64,000 nucleotides of DNA from Bacteroidota bacterium (GCA_026391695.1 JAPLDP010000036.1:11631-75630); one strand, 5' to 3'; shown: positions 29,377 to 38,852, numbered from the stretch's first letter. Translations and numbers: made by a program. Notes: generated by a model not told the origin, from the letters alone.

Positions 29377-29511
29377 ATGAATGATCCTTTCTCACTGGAA
29401 AGAAAAAGAATAGTCATCACCGGCGCATCATCCGGGATTGGAAGGTGGGTGGCTATTGAGTGGTTAAGGAAAGGAACTTCTTTACTGAATGGAGGCTATT
29501 CAGCCAAATAA
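29377..29511 (+). pseudogene. Short-chain dehydrogenase/reductase (FabG-like) remnant with an internal in-frame deletion, leaving a 44-codon mini-ORF
   Basis: Manual translation gives MNDPFSLERKRIVITGASSGIGRWVAIEWLRKGTSLLNGGYSAK*. It contains the N-terminal Rossmann motif TGASSGIG and an SDR C-terminus-like tail (..NGGYSAK). The ~200 aa normally between them are missing. Confidence 0.65.
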
Positions 29512-29547
29512 ATTATTGAACCGGTTAAGCTCCTGAATAATCAGCTT

Positions 29548-31059
29548 ATGTTTTTCACTTCATTTCATTTCTTCATCTTCTTTCCGGTAGTTGTTCTTAT
29601 TTATTATTTTATCCCGCACCGATTCCGCTGGATTTGGCTTTTACTCACCAGTTCTGTCTTTTATCTGGCCTTCAGCTGGAAATACCTGCTTCTGTTCTTT
29701 GGTGTTATACTTGTCAATTATTTCATCGGAATCAAAATATATACTTCTGACGGGCATTTCAGAAAAAAGCTCTATATCACCGGAATCATCGTCAATATCC
29801 TTATCCTTTGCTTCTTTAAGTACTTCAATTATTTAGCTATTGATTTTACCAAAATTGCAGAGTTCCTTCATCTTCATTATCCCGATCAATTCGTGAACAT
29901 CATCCTGCCTCTTGGATTATCCTATTTAATTTTTACGGCCATTTCATATTTGATCGATATTAAGCGACAGGAGATACATTCTGAAAGACACATAGGTATT
30001 CTGGCTTCGTATTTTCTGTTTTTCCCGAAAGTGGCACAGGGTCCTATTGAAAGAGCAGGACACGTATTGCCTCAGTTTCACAAGAAGCATCATTTTGATT
30101 ATGATGGGTTTACTGCAGGACTGAAACTGATGGCATGGGGATTTTTTAAGAAACTGGTCATGGCCGACAGTCTTGCAGTATTTGTGAATGCCGTGTATTC
30201 CAACCCTCAAAACAGCCATGGGCTGGTTTTAATAATCGGCACCGTATGTTTTGCTTTTCAACTCTATGCCGACTTTTCAGGTTATACCGACATAGCTCTC
30301 GGAGCGGCACAGGTATTAGGATTTGACCTCATGCAGAACTTTCGCAGACCATATCTTGCCCGATCGGTCAGGGACTTCTGGACCCGCTGGCATATTAGCC
30401 TCTCATCATGGTGCAGCGATTATGTTTTTCTGCCTATCGTTGAGCATACCTATGATCTTAAAAGAAAGCTAAAAAAAGTCAAATTTCTTCACAGACTCAG
30501 TGCAGAAAAGATAATGTATGTAGCAGCAACTCTTACAACTTTCATCATAATTGGCATTTGGCATGGAGTAGGATGGAATTACCTTATAGTAGGTCTATTA
30601 TTCGGCTTTTATGTCAGCTTTGACATGCTTACGAAAAACCTCAGCAGGAAGGTAAACATTAAAACTGGTATTACAAAACGTCCTCTTCTTTTTCAAAATA
30701 TCCAGATCGTAACGACTTTCTTTATGCTCTGTCTCCCATGGATTTTCTTCAGGGCAAATACGATGAATGATGCGGTTATCATGATCCAAAACCTGTTTCA
30801 GGGATGGTCATTACAGGAAATAAAAAAATCCTTTGTTTTATTATATCATAACGGGATAAATGAGCGGTTGATTATTATCATGTTTTTGTCAACCCTGTTG
30901 CTGATTATAACAGACATTTTATCAGAGAAAAGAGACATTTTACTGAGGATTGCTGAGAAGCCGTTATTTATCCGGTGGGCCATCTATTACCTGCTCATCA
31001 TAGCAATAATTGCTTTCAGCACGACTGAAAGTAAACAGTTTATATATATGCAGTTCTAA
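29548..31059 (+). CDS. MBOAT-family membrane O-acyltransferase (DltB/AlgI-like)
   Basis: 503-aa polytopic ORF with the signature FWTRWHISLSSW and a second conserved His in IGIWHGVGWNY. Confidence 0.85.
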   Translation: MFFTSFHFFIFFPVVVLIYYFIPHRFRWIWLLLTSSVFYLAFSWKYLLLFFGVILVNYFIGIKIYTSDGHFRKKLYITGIIVNILILCFFKYFNYLAIDFTKIAEFLHLHYPDQFVNIILPLGLSYLIFTAISYLIDIKRQEIHSERHIGILASYFLFFPKVAQGPIERAGHVLPQFHKKHHFDYDGFTAGLKLMAWGFFKKLVMADSLAVFVNAVYSNPQNSHGLVLIIGTVCFAFQLYADFSGYTDIALGAAQVLGFDLMQNFRRPYLARSVRDFWTRWHISLSSWCSDYVFLPIVEHTYDLKRKLKKVKFLHRLSAEKIMYVAATLTTFIIIGIWHGVGWNYLIVGLLFGFYVSFDMLTKNLSRKVNIKTGITKRPLLFQNIQIVTTFFMLCLPWIFFRANTMNDAVIMIQNLFQGWSLQEIKKSFVLLYHNGINERLIIIMFLSTLLLIITDILSEKRDILLRIAEKPLFIRWAIYYLLIIAIIAFSTTESKQFIYMQF

Positions 31060-32009
31060 TGCAAACACGGTTTAAAGAATTATGTATTAAACTTTTTCTA
31101 TTTCTGCTTCCTTTTATGATGCTATTCTCCTGGATTGAATATCAGGCAAGAAGGCTTCCAAATAGCTATGAGCAGAAAAAAAGAAGTTTTGAGAGCCAGC
31201 GTCAATCAATAAAAATACTGGTTCTTGGATCGTCACATGCCTCCAAGGGAATAAATCCCGCATTTTTCTCCTGTACCGGCTTCAATTTCAGCAACAGCTC
31301 ACAATCGTTGTATCATGACACACAACTCTGTTTAAAATATATCGATGAACTCCCTCAGCTTAAAGGAGTTATTATTGATATCTCGTACATTTCACTCTAT
31401 TATGATCTGAAGGATACACCGGAGAAATGGAGAGATTATTTTTACTATCATTATTTCGGCATTAAGCGGCCTTCACTGGATCTGTGCGATCCAAAAGGGG
31501 TGACATATACTGCTCTTTATACCAGGGGATTTATCACTGACCTTGTATTGTGCAGGATCGATCCCAAAAAGGAATTTGGTGATATACAGCCGACAGGTTG
31601 GGAAAGAGTACCGCACCCTGCTGACAGCAGTGTCATTTCAGATTCTGCAGGATTTCAGCGGGCGACATTTCATAACTCATTGATCATCAAACAGAATTTT
31701 ATTTTAAATTGCGGTTACCTGGAGGATATGATCCGTCTCCTGCAGAAGAGAAAGATTGCCGTCTGTCTGGTCAGTCTTCCTGTTTATAAAACCTATTCGA
31801 AATTTATGGATCCGGATATTGAACGGCAAAACCACCAGTACATTGCAGAGTTATGCCAAAAATATAGCACTGAATACTATGATTTTTCTACGGACGCAAG
31901 TTTCACAAAAGAAGATTTCAGCGATAATGACCATTTGAGTATTTCCGGAGCAGAAAAAATCAGCCGGATCCTTGACGGGTTAATTATATCGAAGCTATGT
32001 AATCAGTGA
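31059..32009 (+). CDS. DltD/AlgJ-like SGNH-type extracytoplasmic acyl-transfer protein
   Basis: 316-aa ORF whose start overlaps the MBOAT stop (TAATG). It has an N-terminal TM anchor, a block-I-like VLGSSHASKG and a C-terminal DxxH (DNDHLS). Confidence 0.6.
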   Translation: MQTRFKELCIKLFLFLLPFMMLFSWIEYQARRLPNSYEQKKRSFESQRQSIKILVLGSSHASKGINPAFFSCTGFNFSNSSQSLYHDTQLCLKYIDELPQLKGVIIDISYISLYYDLKDTPEKWRDYFYYHYFGIKRPSLDLCDPKGVTYTALYTRGFITDLVLCRIDPKKEFGDIQPTGWERVPHPADSSVISDSAGFQRATFHNSLIIKQNFILNCGYLEDMIRLLQKRKIAVCLVSLPVYKTYSKFMDPDIERQNHQYIAELCQKYSTEYYDFSTDASFTKEDFSDNDHLSISGAEKISRILDGLIISKLCNQ

Positions 32010-32072
32010 TTGACTTTTTCGAGTTGATTTGCAATACTGCTCACAATCTGACAATCCAAATCAAGACTATAT

Positions 32073-32756
32073 ATGAAAGATTATTACAGTGCGAAGCTTT
32101 CAGCCATGAGTCTGTGGCAATGTTATGAGCTGGCGCCACCGCGCATTCAGCAATATATGAAAGCGGAAGCCGACCATGTGGTAAACAACATACACAACAA
32201 TGATCTGGTGCTGGAACTGGGATGCGGTTATGGCCGGTTATTGCCATTTTTTGCCGCGAAAGCAAGGATGGTGATTGGCATCGATACCTCCCGTTCAAGT
32301 ATTTTACTGGGTCGTAAGCTGCTCTCAGATTTATCGAATTGTATGCTGCTGCAAATGAATGCCATACACCTCGCCTTCCCCGATAATATGTTCGATGTGG
32401 TTGTTTGCATTCAGAACGGGATATCGGCATTCCATGTGGACCAGGAATTACTCATTAGGGAGAGCATTCGTGTGACCAAAAACGGGGGAAAGGTACTCTT
32501 TTCAAGTTATTCCGAAAAGATCTGGCAACAACGTTTGGAATGGTTTCACAGGCAGTCGGCTGCCGGCCTCCTCGGTGAAATAGATACGAATAAAACAAGG
32601 GAAGGTACAATCGTATGTCATGACGGATTTACTGCCACCACTGTCGGACCGGAACAATTCAAAACTCTGACAAAGCCAATTAAAAATATCAAGGTGAATA
32701 TCGTCGAAGTGGATGAGTCGAGCCTGTTCTGTGAGATAATTCCGGTTAAAAAGTAA
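32073..32756 (+). CDS. Class I SAM-dependent methyltransferase
   Basis: 227-aa ORF with SAM-binding motif I VLELGCGYGRL and post-I IGIDTS. Confidence 0.8.
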   Translation: MKDYYSAKLSAMSLWQCYELAPPRIQQYMKAEADHVVNNIHNNDLVLELGCGYGRLLPFFAAKARMVIGIDTSRSSILLGRKLLSDLSNCMLLQMNAIHLAFPDNMFDVVVCIQNGISAFHVDQELLIRESIRVTKNGGKVLFSSYSEKIWQQRLEWFHRQSAAGLLGEIDTNKTREGTIVCHDGFTATTVGPEQFKTLTKPIKNIKVNIVEVDESSLFCEIIPVKK

Positions 32757-32930
32757 GGAAAGAACTTATGTTAATGATTCGGACTTCCTGATGATTTCCA
32801 TTACATTTGTAGTAGTGCCTTTTAAATATGATCAAGAATATTCCGCATAGGTATGAACCGGCTTCTGGCAGATGAATGATCATGAAACAGAAGAACAAGC
32901 AATAATAAAAAACAGGCTAACATAAAGGCT

Positions 32931-33872
32931 ATGAAAATATTTGTAATTGGAGGAACAGGATTAGTGGGAAGTTATTTATTACCGCGATTGGTCAAAAAGG
33001 GCCATGAAGTATTTGCTCTTACCCGTTCTGATAATAAAATTGAAAAAATTAAAGAAATAGGTGCAGTCAGTATTTCAGGTGATATAAGAAAACCACAGGA
33101 GTTCAAAAATAATTTACCGGAGCAACTTGATTTCATTGTTCTTCTTGCCATGCCAGGCGTGGTACCAGGACATAGAATGACCAGGAAGAGAAAGGAAGAA
33201 TTAAGAATTGAAACTAATGATTTCTTTCGCAATTCTATGGAGCTGGCTATTCAATACCATATACCTATAATATTGCCTTCCGGCACAAGTTTTAAGACTA
33301 AAAATGAAGAAATAGCAGATGAGACCTGGCCCATACTCAGAGTTGGTCTTACAGAAATAGGCAAGGATACTGACGAAATGGTGAATATTGCCATCAATAC
33401 TGGCCATCCTGAAGTCATTCAGCTGATATATGGAAAAATATATGGCAATGGTGGATTGTTCCGTTTCATGTATGAAATGATGGAAAAAGGGCGAAGTAAA
33501 ATTATCGGGAAAGGAGATAATTATATTCCCAACATTCATGCAGGCGATGTCGCCAATGCAATAATTAAAGCTATTGAGAAAAAGCCTGTTGGAGAAAAAT
33601 TTATTATCGCCGACGACATGCCTGTCACTCAAAAGGATTTTACTATTTATATGGCTGAATTGATGAACAGGAAACGACCTGGTCATATTCCGACATTTAT
33701 TATTAAATTGGTTCTAGGAAGCGATTTTTATGAAATTATCCGGATGAATTGTAAAGTATCAAATGAAAAGGCAAAGAGGATGCTGGACTGGAAGCCTGAG
33801 TATCCATCATATAAGGAAGGATTGACGGCAGTGATTGAAGACATGAAAGAGCATAAACCTTACTTCGCTTGA
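32931..33872 (+). CDS. NAD-dependent epimerase/dehydratase (extended SDR) family protein
   Basis: 313-aa ORF with an N-terminal MKIFVIGGTGLVGSYL Rossmann motif. Confidence 0.75.
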   Translation: MKIFVIGGTGLVGSYLLPRLVKKGHEVFALTRSDNKIEKIKEIGAVSISGDIRKPQEFKNNLPEQLDFIVLLAMPGVVPGHRMTRKRKEELRIETNDFFRNSMELAIQYHIPIILPSGTSFKTKNEEIADETWPILRVGLTEIGKDTDEMVNIAINTGHPEVIQLIYGKIYGNGGLFRFMYEMMEKGRSKIIGKGDNYIPNIHAGDVANAIIKAIEKKPVGEKFIIADDMPVTQKDFTIYMAELMNRKRPGHIPTFIIKLVLGSDFYEIIRMNCKVSNEKAKRMLDWKPEYPSYKEGLTAVIEDMKEHKPYFA

Positions 33873-34205
33873 GTGAGTAAGCAATTTCCCTTACATTCAG
33901 ACTGATTAAGCAGGACTAAGCTTCAAACGCTTTTTCTGAAAGCGGCATGGGTTGTTATAAATTACTCAAAGAACTGCTGGCCAAAATGTGTGAATGACAT
34001 TCTTCATTTGTTTTCTTCGTAAATTAGCCATGCCATTACGGCGAATCTGATGCCTCATGCTTAATCCAGCTGCGAGGCAGAAATGGAAACTACCCGTTTG
34101 GCAATCACTGGCAGCTATGGCCTGCACTCGATATTCTGTTTGGAAGCAAAGAGTAATTTATTGATAGTAAGATACAATTTTACAATCAAACTGGAGGATA
34201 AACTT

Positions 34206-35168
34206 ATGATTAAAGAGATCACAGTTGAAAATCTTGACACAAGGACCTTCATTGATGAGAAGGTCAGTGAGATTAAACAGACAGTCAGTACTGGACTGGC
34301 TATTAACGCGCTCTCAGGAGGCGTTGATTCATCCACTGTGACCATGCTTGGGCATCGAGCCCTGGGCAAACGTCTCAGGACTGTCTTCATCGAAAACGGG
34401 TTGATGCGTGAAGGCGAGCCTGAACAGGTGGTGCATTTCTTCGAAAAACTTGGTGTCAGGGTGGAAGTCATCGATGCCAGTCAGGAGTTTTTCGCAGCAC
34501 TAAAAGGACTCACCGACCCGGAAGCAAAACGTGAGGCAATCACGCAAACCTTTTACCGGTACGTCTTCGGCCGACTTGTGAAGGAAAGCGGGGCAAAACA
34601 TCTGCTCCAGGGAACTATACTTACTGATGTTGATGAGACTGTGGCGGGCATCAAACGGCAGCACAATGTCTTCGAGCAGCTTGGCATAAATCCGCAGGAA
34701 GCTTTCGGTTACCATATTATAGAACCGCTCATTCAGTTACGGAAGGATGGGGTCAGAAAAGTCGGCAAAGCACTCGGATTGCCTGAAGGACTGTTTGACC
34801 GCATACCATTCCCCGGACCGGCCCTGTCAGCGCGCGTTATAGGCGAAGTGACACCCGATCGCATAGCAACAGTCCGCAAAGCTACCGTCATAGTCGAACG
34901 ATTGCTGAAAAGCACCGGCGCATTTCAATATATGGCCATCCTGCATGAAGACCGCGTGACCGGTATGCGTGACGGCAAGCGCGATTTCGGGCAACAAATT
35001 GAAGTACGCTGCTGGGACAGCATCGATGCACGGACAGCTACACCAACAAAGCTTCCCTTCGAATTGCTTGAAAAACTTGCGAACGAAGTTATCCGGCAGG
35101 TGCCAGGTGTAGTAAGCATCACATATAATATCACAACCAAACCTCCTTCAACCATCGAGGCTGTCTAA
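34206..35168 (+). CDS. Stand-alone GMP synthase ATP-pyrophosphatase subunit-like protein (PP-loop plus GMP-synthase C-terminal dimerisation domain, no GATase domain)
   Basis: The start was moved to ATG 34206 (MIKEITVENL...). The PP-loop is SGGVDSS. The C-terminal PFPGPALSARVIGEV... and the final TKPPSTIEAV resemble the GuaA C-terminus. The upstream 41 codons of the track ORF look non-coding. Confidence 0.7.
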   Translation: MIKEITVENLDTRTFIDEKVSEIKQTVSTGLAINALSGGVDSSTVTMLGHRALGKRLRTVFIENGLMREGEPEQVVHFFEKLGVRVEVIDASQEFFAALKGLTDPEAKREAITQTFYRYVFGRLVKESGAKHLLQGTILTDVDETVAGIKRQHNVFEQLGINPQEAFGYHIIEPLIQLRKDGVRKVGKALGLPEGLFDRIPFPGPALSARVIGEVTPDRIATVRKATVIVERLLKSTGAFQYMAILHEDRVTGMRDGKRDFGQQIEVRCWDSIDARTATPTKLPFELLEKLANEVIRQVPGVVSITYNITTKPPSTIEAV

Positions 35169-35180
35169 TATCGAAAGGAT

Positions 35181-37499
35181 ATGACCAGGAAGCTATTCAT
35201 GATACTTTTTTCCTTGCCGGGATTTCTTTTTGCCCAGTTCTCCACTGAGGACAATTTCGTCCAGTATGTAAAACCGCTTGTAGGGACCAAGAAGATGGGA
35301 CACACATATCCTGGCGCGACGGTGCCTTTTGGGATGGTACAGTTAAGTCCTGAAACAGATACCATACCCTATGAATTAAATGGCAAATATAATCCTGAAG
35401 TGTATGAATATTGTTCCGGCTACCAGTATGATGATCTGACAATTGTCGGCTTCAGCCATACCCACTTTAGTGGTACCGGCCATTCTGACCTGGGAGATTT
35501 CATGATCATGCCAACAGTGGGACCGTTACAATTAAATCCAGGAACATCAGACAAACCAGAAAGTGGATACCGTTCAGCGTTCACGCACGAAAATGAAATT
35601 GCTGAACCGGCCTATTATAAGGTATTTCTTGAAGATCACCACATCACAGCCGAACTGACAGCAACTGCACGGGTAGGGTTTCATCAGTATACATTTCCTG
35701 AGTCTGATGAAGCCCACATCATCCTTGATCTGATATCAGGAATTTACAATTATGAAGATAAGGATGTATGGACTTTTGTCAGGGTGGAAAATGATACCCT
35801 TGTGACGGGCTACAGGCAAACCAGTGGGTGGGCGCGTACACGGACGGTTTATTTTGCGATGGTTTTTTCCAAAGCCTTTTACCAGTATGGCTGGCAGAAA
35901 CTGGATAACACCGTGTATAAAGGTTTCTGGCGAAAATTTGATGAAACAAAAAACTTCCCGGAGATGGCAGGCAGAAAAATCAAAGCCTATTTTGATTTCA
36001 AAACAAGTGAAGGCGAAAAAATTTTGATCAAATTCGCCCTATCCCCCGTCAGCACGGCCGGAGCAGTGAAAAATCTGCAGGCCGAAATCCCCCATTGGGA
36101 TTTTAACAGGATAAAACGTGAAAGCCAGGATTTATGGAACAAGGTGCTGGGTAAGATCGTCGTCGAATCGAATACGGAGAGGGAAAAAGAGACCTTTTAT
36201 ACCGCACTGTATCATATTTTTCTCAGTCCGATCATTTACATGGATGTTGACAGCACCTACCGCGGACTGGATATGAATGTTCACCATGCTGACAATTTCA
36301 CGAACTATACGATCTTTTCATTATGGGATACTTACCGGGCATTGCATCCTCTTTTTAATATCATTCAACCCAAACGCAATGCTGACATGATCAGGTCAAT
36401 GCTCGCACATTATGATCAAAGCGTTCATCATATGCTGCCAGTTTGGTCACACTATGCCAATGAAAACTGGTGCATGATTGGTTATCATAGTGTGTCGGTG
36501 ATAGCAGATGCCTTTATTAATGGGACATTAAATGAGCCTCAGGATAAAGCCCTCGAAGCCTGCATACAAACTGCCAAAACCAGCTATTATGATGGATTGG
36601 AATATTACATGAATCTTGGATATGTGCCGGATGACAAAAACACCTCATCTGTTTCAAAAACGCTGGAGTATGCCTATGATGACTGGTGTATCGCCCAGCT
36701 TGCCAGGAAAGCTGGTCATTATGATATTTATGATGATTTTATAAAACGGTCACAGAATTTCATCAATGTATATGATTCGTCAATAGGTTTCATGCGGCCC
36801 AAGCTGGCTGATGGAAGCTGGAGGCCTGATTTTAATACCTTAAGTACTCAAGGGCAGGGCTTTATTGAAGGAAATGCCTGGAATTATAGTCTGTACGTAC
36901 CTCATGAGGTCACCAGGCTAATTGAAATGATGGGCGGCGGAAAAAAATTTATATCGCATCTTGATTCCCTGTTTTCCATGCAGATCGAAGATAAATATTT
37001 TGCAGAAACAGAAGACATCACGCGTGATGGCATCATTGGGAATTATGTTCATGGCAATGAACCCGGACATCATATTGCATTTATGTATAACTGGGCCGGA
37101 GAATCCTGGAAGACACAGGAACGTGTCAGAATGATCATGGATACCATGTATTCCAACACACCGGATGGGCTGTGTGGAAATGATGATGCCGGCCAGATGT
37201 CGGCATGGTATGTTTTTAATGCACTCGGATTTTATCCTGTCTGCCCAGGTTCCGGTCAATATGCAATTGGCAGCCCTGTTGTGAAAAACGCTATCATTTA
37301 TCTGGAAAACGGGAAAAAGCTGACCATTGAAGCTCAAAATCAGGGTCATGAGAACATTTATGTCCAAAAACTTTTGATCAATGATAAACCTGTTGACCGC
37401 AATTATATTCTGCATTCTGAACTGATGAATGGCGGTAAGATCGTCTATATCATGGGGAATAGTCCGAATAAAAATTGGGGTATTAATCCACCCGAATAA
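35181..37499 (+). CDS. Glycoside hydrolase family 92 (alpha-mannosidase)
   Basis: 772-aa ORF with a signal peptide and GH92-typical segments (GHTYPGATVPFGMVQLSP, GFSHTHFSGTG, YHIFLSP, GNEPGHHIAFMYNWAG, LCGNDDAGQMSAWYVF). Confidence 0.85.
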   Translation: MTRKLFMILFSLPGFLFAQFSTEDNFVQYVKPLVGTKKMGHTYPGATVPFGMVQLSPETDTIPYELNGKYNPEVYEYCSGYQYDDLTIVGFSHTHFSGTGHSDLGDFMIMPTVGPLQLNPGTSDKPESGYRSAFTHENEIAEPAYYKVFLEDHHITAELTATARVGFHQYTFPESDEAHIILDLISGIYNYEDKDVWTFVRVENDTLVTGYRQTSGWARTRTVYFAMVFSKAFYQYGWQKLDNTVYKGFWRKFDETKNFPEMAGRKIKAYFDFKTSEGEKILIKFALSPVSTAGAVKNLQAEIPHWDFNRIKRESQDLWNKVLGKIVVESNTEREKETFYTALYHIFLSPIIYMDVDSTYRGLDMNVHHADNFTNYTIFSLWDTYRALHPLFNIIQPKRNADMIRSMLAHYDQSVHHMLPVWSHYANENWCMIGYHSVSVIADAFINGTLNEPQDKALEACIQTAKTSYYDGLEYYMNLGYVPDDKNTSSVSKTLEYAYDDWCIAQLARKAGHYDIYDDFIKRSQNFINVYDSSIGFMRPKLADGSWRPDFNTLSTQGQGFIEGNAWNYSLYVPHEVTRLIEMMGGGKKFISHLDSLFSMQIEDKYFAETEDITRDGIIGNYVHGNEPGHHIAFMYNWAGESWKTQERVRMIMDTMYSNTPDGLCGNDDAGQMSAWYVFNALGFYPVCPGSGQYAIGSPVVKNAIIYLENGKKLTIEAQNQGHENIYVQKLLINDKPVDRNYILHSELMNGGKIVYIMGNSPNKNWGINPPE

Positions 37500-37553
37500 A
37501 AATTTTGTACTTTGCAATATCCGGAATTCCGGAAACATTATTCAAAGTTGCTT

Positions 37554-38258
37554 ATGAATATAGAAGCTTACTTTAAGATTACATATGGGCTTTATGTTGT
37601 AAGCTCTGTAAGCGATAATAAAACAAATGGTTATATAGCCAACGCTGTCTTTCAGGTGACTGCCGAACCAGCCCAGTTTGCCATCGCCTGTAACAAGGAC
37701 AATTTCACTGCAGGCCTGATAAAACAAAGCAGGGTCTTTGCCATTTCTGTTCTTCAGAGAGACGCAAAAGCCGAAATAACCAAAGCATTCGGGTATACAT
37801 CTGGCAAGGAGAGTAACAAATTCGGCAATTTGAAGTTTAAAACCGACAAAACCGGTGCACCAATACTGATTGAAGATTCGATCGCCTGGTTTGAATGTGA
37901 AGTCGTCCAGGAACTGGATGTCGGCTCACATATATTATTCATTGGAAAGGTGGATGATGGTGATTTGCTCGATGCTGATAAAGAACCCCTCACCTATGCT
38001 CACTATCGTGAAGTCAGGAAAGGTATGGCACCGAAAAATGCTCCGACCTATATCAGTGAGGAGAAGCTGAAGGCTTCACTCGCAAAGATGGATGAGGGCC
38101 TGTTTCAATGTCCTGTATGCAGTTATGTTTATGATCCCGAAAAAGGTGATATTCTGAACGATATCCCGCCAGGCACCCGTTTTGAAGATTTACCGGATGA
38201 CTGGGTATGCCCAATCTGCGGAACTGAAAAAGCAGAATTTTACAAAAAACTTAAATAA
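37554..38258 (+). CDS. Flavin reductase-like domain fused to a C-terminal rubredoxin (high-molecular-weight rubredoxin type)
   Basis: The track ORF begins at a TTG that lies inside a TAcTTTG -7 box, so I use ATG 37554 ([12 protein letters not shown]). The C-terminal [14 protein letters not shown]...DDWVCPICG is a canonical rubredoxin 2xCxxC motif. Confidence 0.75.
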   Translation: MNIEAYFKITYGLYVVSSVSDNKTNGYIANAVFQVTAEPAQFAIACNKDNFTAGLIKQSRVFAISVLQRDAKAEITKAFGYTSGKESNKFGNLKFKTDKTGAPILIEDSIAWFECEVVQELDVGSHILFIGKVDDGDLLDADKEPLTYAHYREVRKGMAPKNAPTYISEEKLKASLAKMDEGLFQCPVCSYVYDPEKGDILNDIPPGTRFEDLPDDWVCPICGTEKAEFYKKLK

Positions 38259-38273
38259 TAATACATCAGTTTT

Positions 38274-38852
38274 ATGGAAAAGAATATCAAAGGAACCCGC
38301 ACAGAGCAGAACCTGCTGAAAGCATTTGCAGGTGAGTCACAGGCACGAAACAGGTATGAATTTTTTGCCAAGATTGCCAAAAACGAAGGCTATGAGCAAA
38401 TCAGCGCCATCTTTCAGAAAACAGCCGACCAGGAGAAAGAGCATGCAAAACGGTTTTTTAAATTTCTTATGGGTGGTGAAGCCGAAATTACAGCCTCCTA
38501 CCCTGCCGGAAAATTAGGATTGACAGCCGAAAACCTGAAAGCTGCAGCCATGGGAGAAAACGAAGAATGGACAATGCTTTACCCCGGATTTGCAGAAATA
38601 GCCATGGAAGAAGGATTCTCTGAGGTTTCGGTAGCCTTTAAAATGATTGCTAAAGTTGAGGCCGAGCATGAAAAAAGATACCTGAAATTACTGAAAAACT
38701 TGGATGATGGAACCGTTTTCCAAAAGAAGGAAAAAGTACGTTGGGTTTGCAGGAATTGCGGCTATATTCATGAAGGAGAAAAAGCCCTGGAGAAATGCTC
38801 GGCATGCCTGCATCCAAAGGCCTACTTTGAATTAGCTGAAGAGAATTATTAA
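38274..38852 (+). CDS. rbr: Rubrerythrin
   Basis: 192-aa ORF with a ferritin-like diiron domain (ExxH motifs EKEHAKRF, EAEHEKRY) and a C-terminal CRNCGY...CSAC rubredoxin-like site. Confidence 0.85.
   Translation: MEKNIKGTRTEQNLLKAFAGESQARNRYEFFAKIAKNEGYEQISAIFQKTADQEKEHAKRFFKFLMGGEAEITASYPAGKLGLTAENLKAAAMGENEEWTMLYPGFAEIAMEEGFSEVSVAFKMIAKVEAEHEKRYLKLLKNLDDGTVFQKKEKVRWVCRNCGYIHEGEKALEKCSACLHPKAYFELAEENY

Noticed and set aside
33201-33686. 161-aa minus-strand ORF
   Set aside because: It is antisense inside the epimerase/dehydratase gene, which has a clear Rossmann motif.
34083-34205. N-terminal 41-codon extension of the GMP-synthase-like ORF
   Set aside because: The extension (METTRLAITGSYGLHSIFCLEAKSNLLIVRYNF..) has no counterpart in PP-loop ATPases, and the conserved protein starts at MIKEITV (34206).
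36918-37538. 206-aa minus-strand ORF
   Set aside because: It is antisense to the 3' end of the GH92 gene and runs through the promoter of the next gene. It has no motif.
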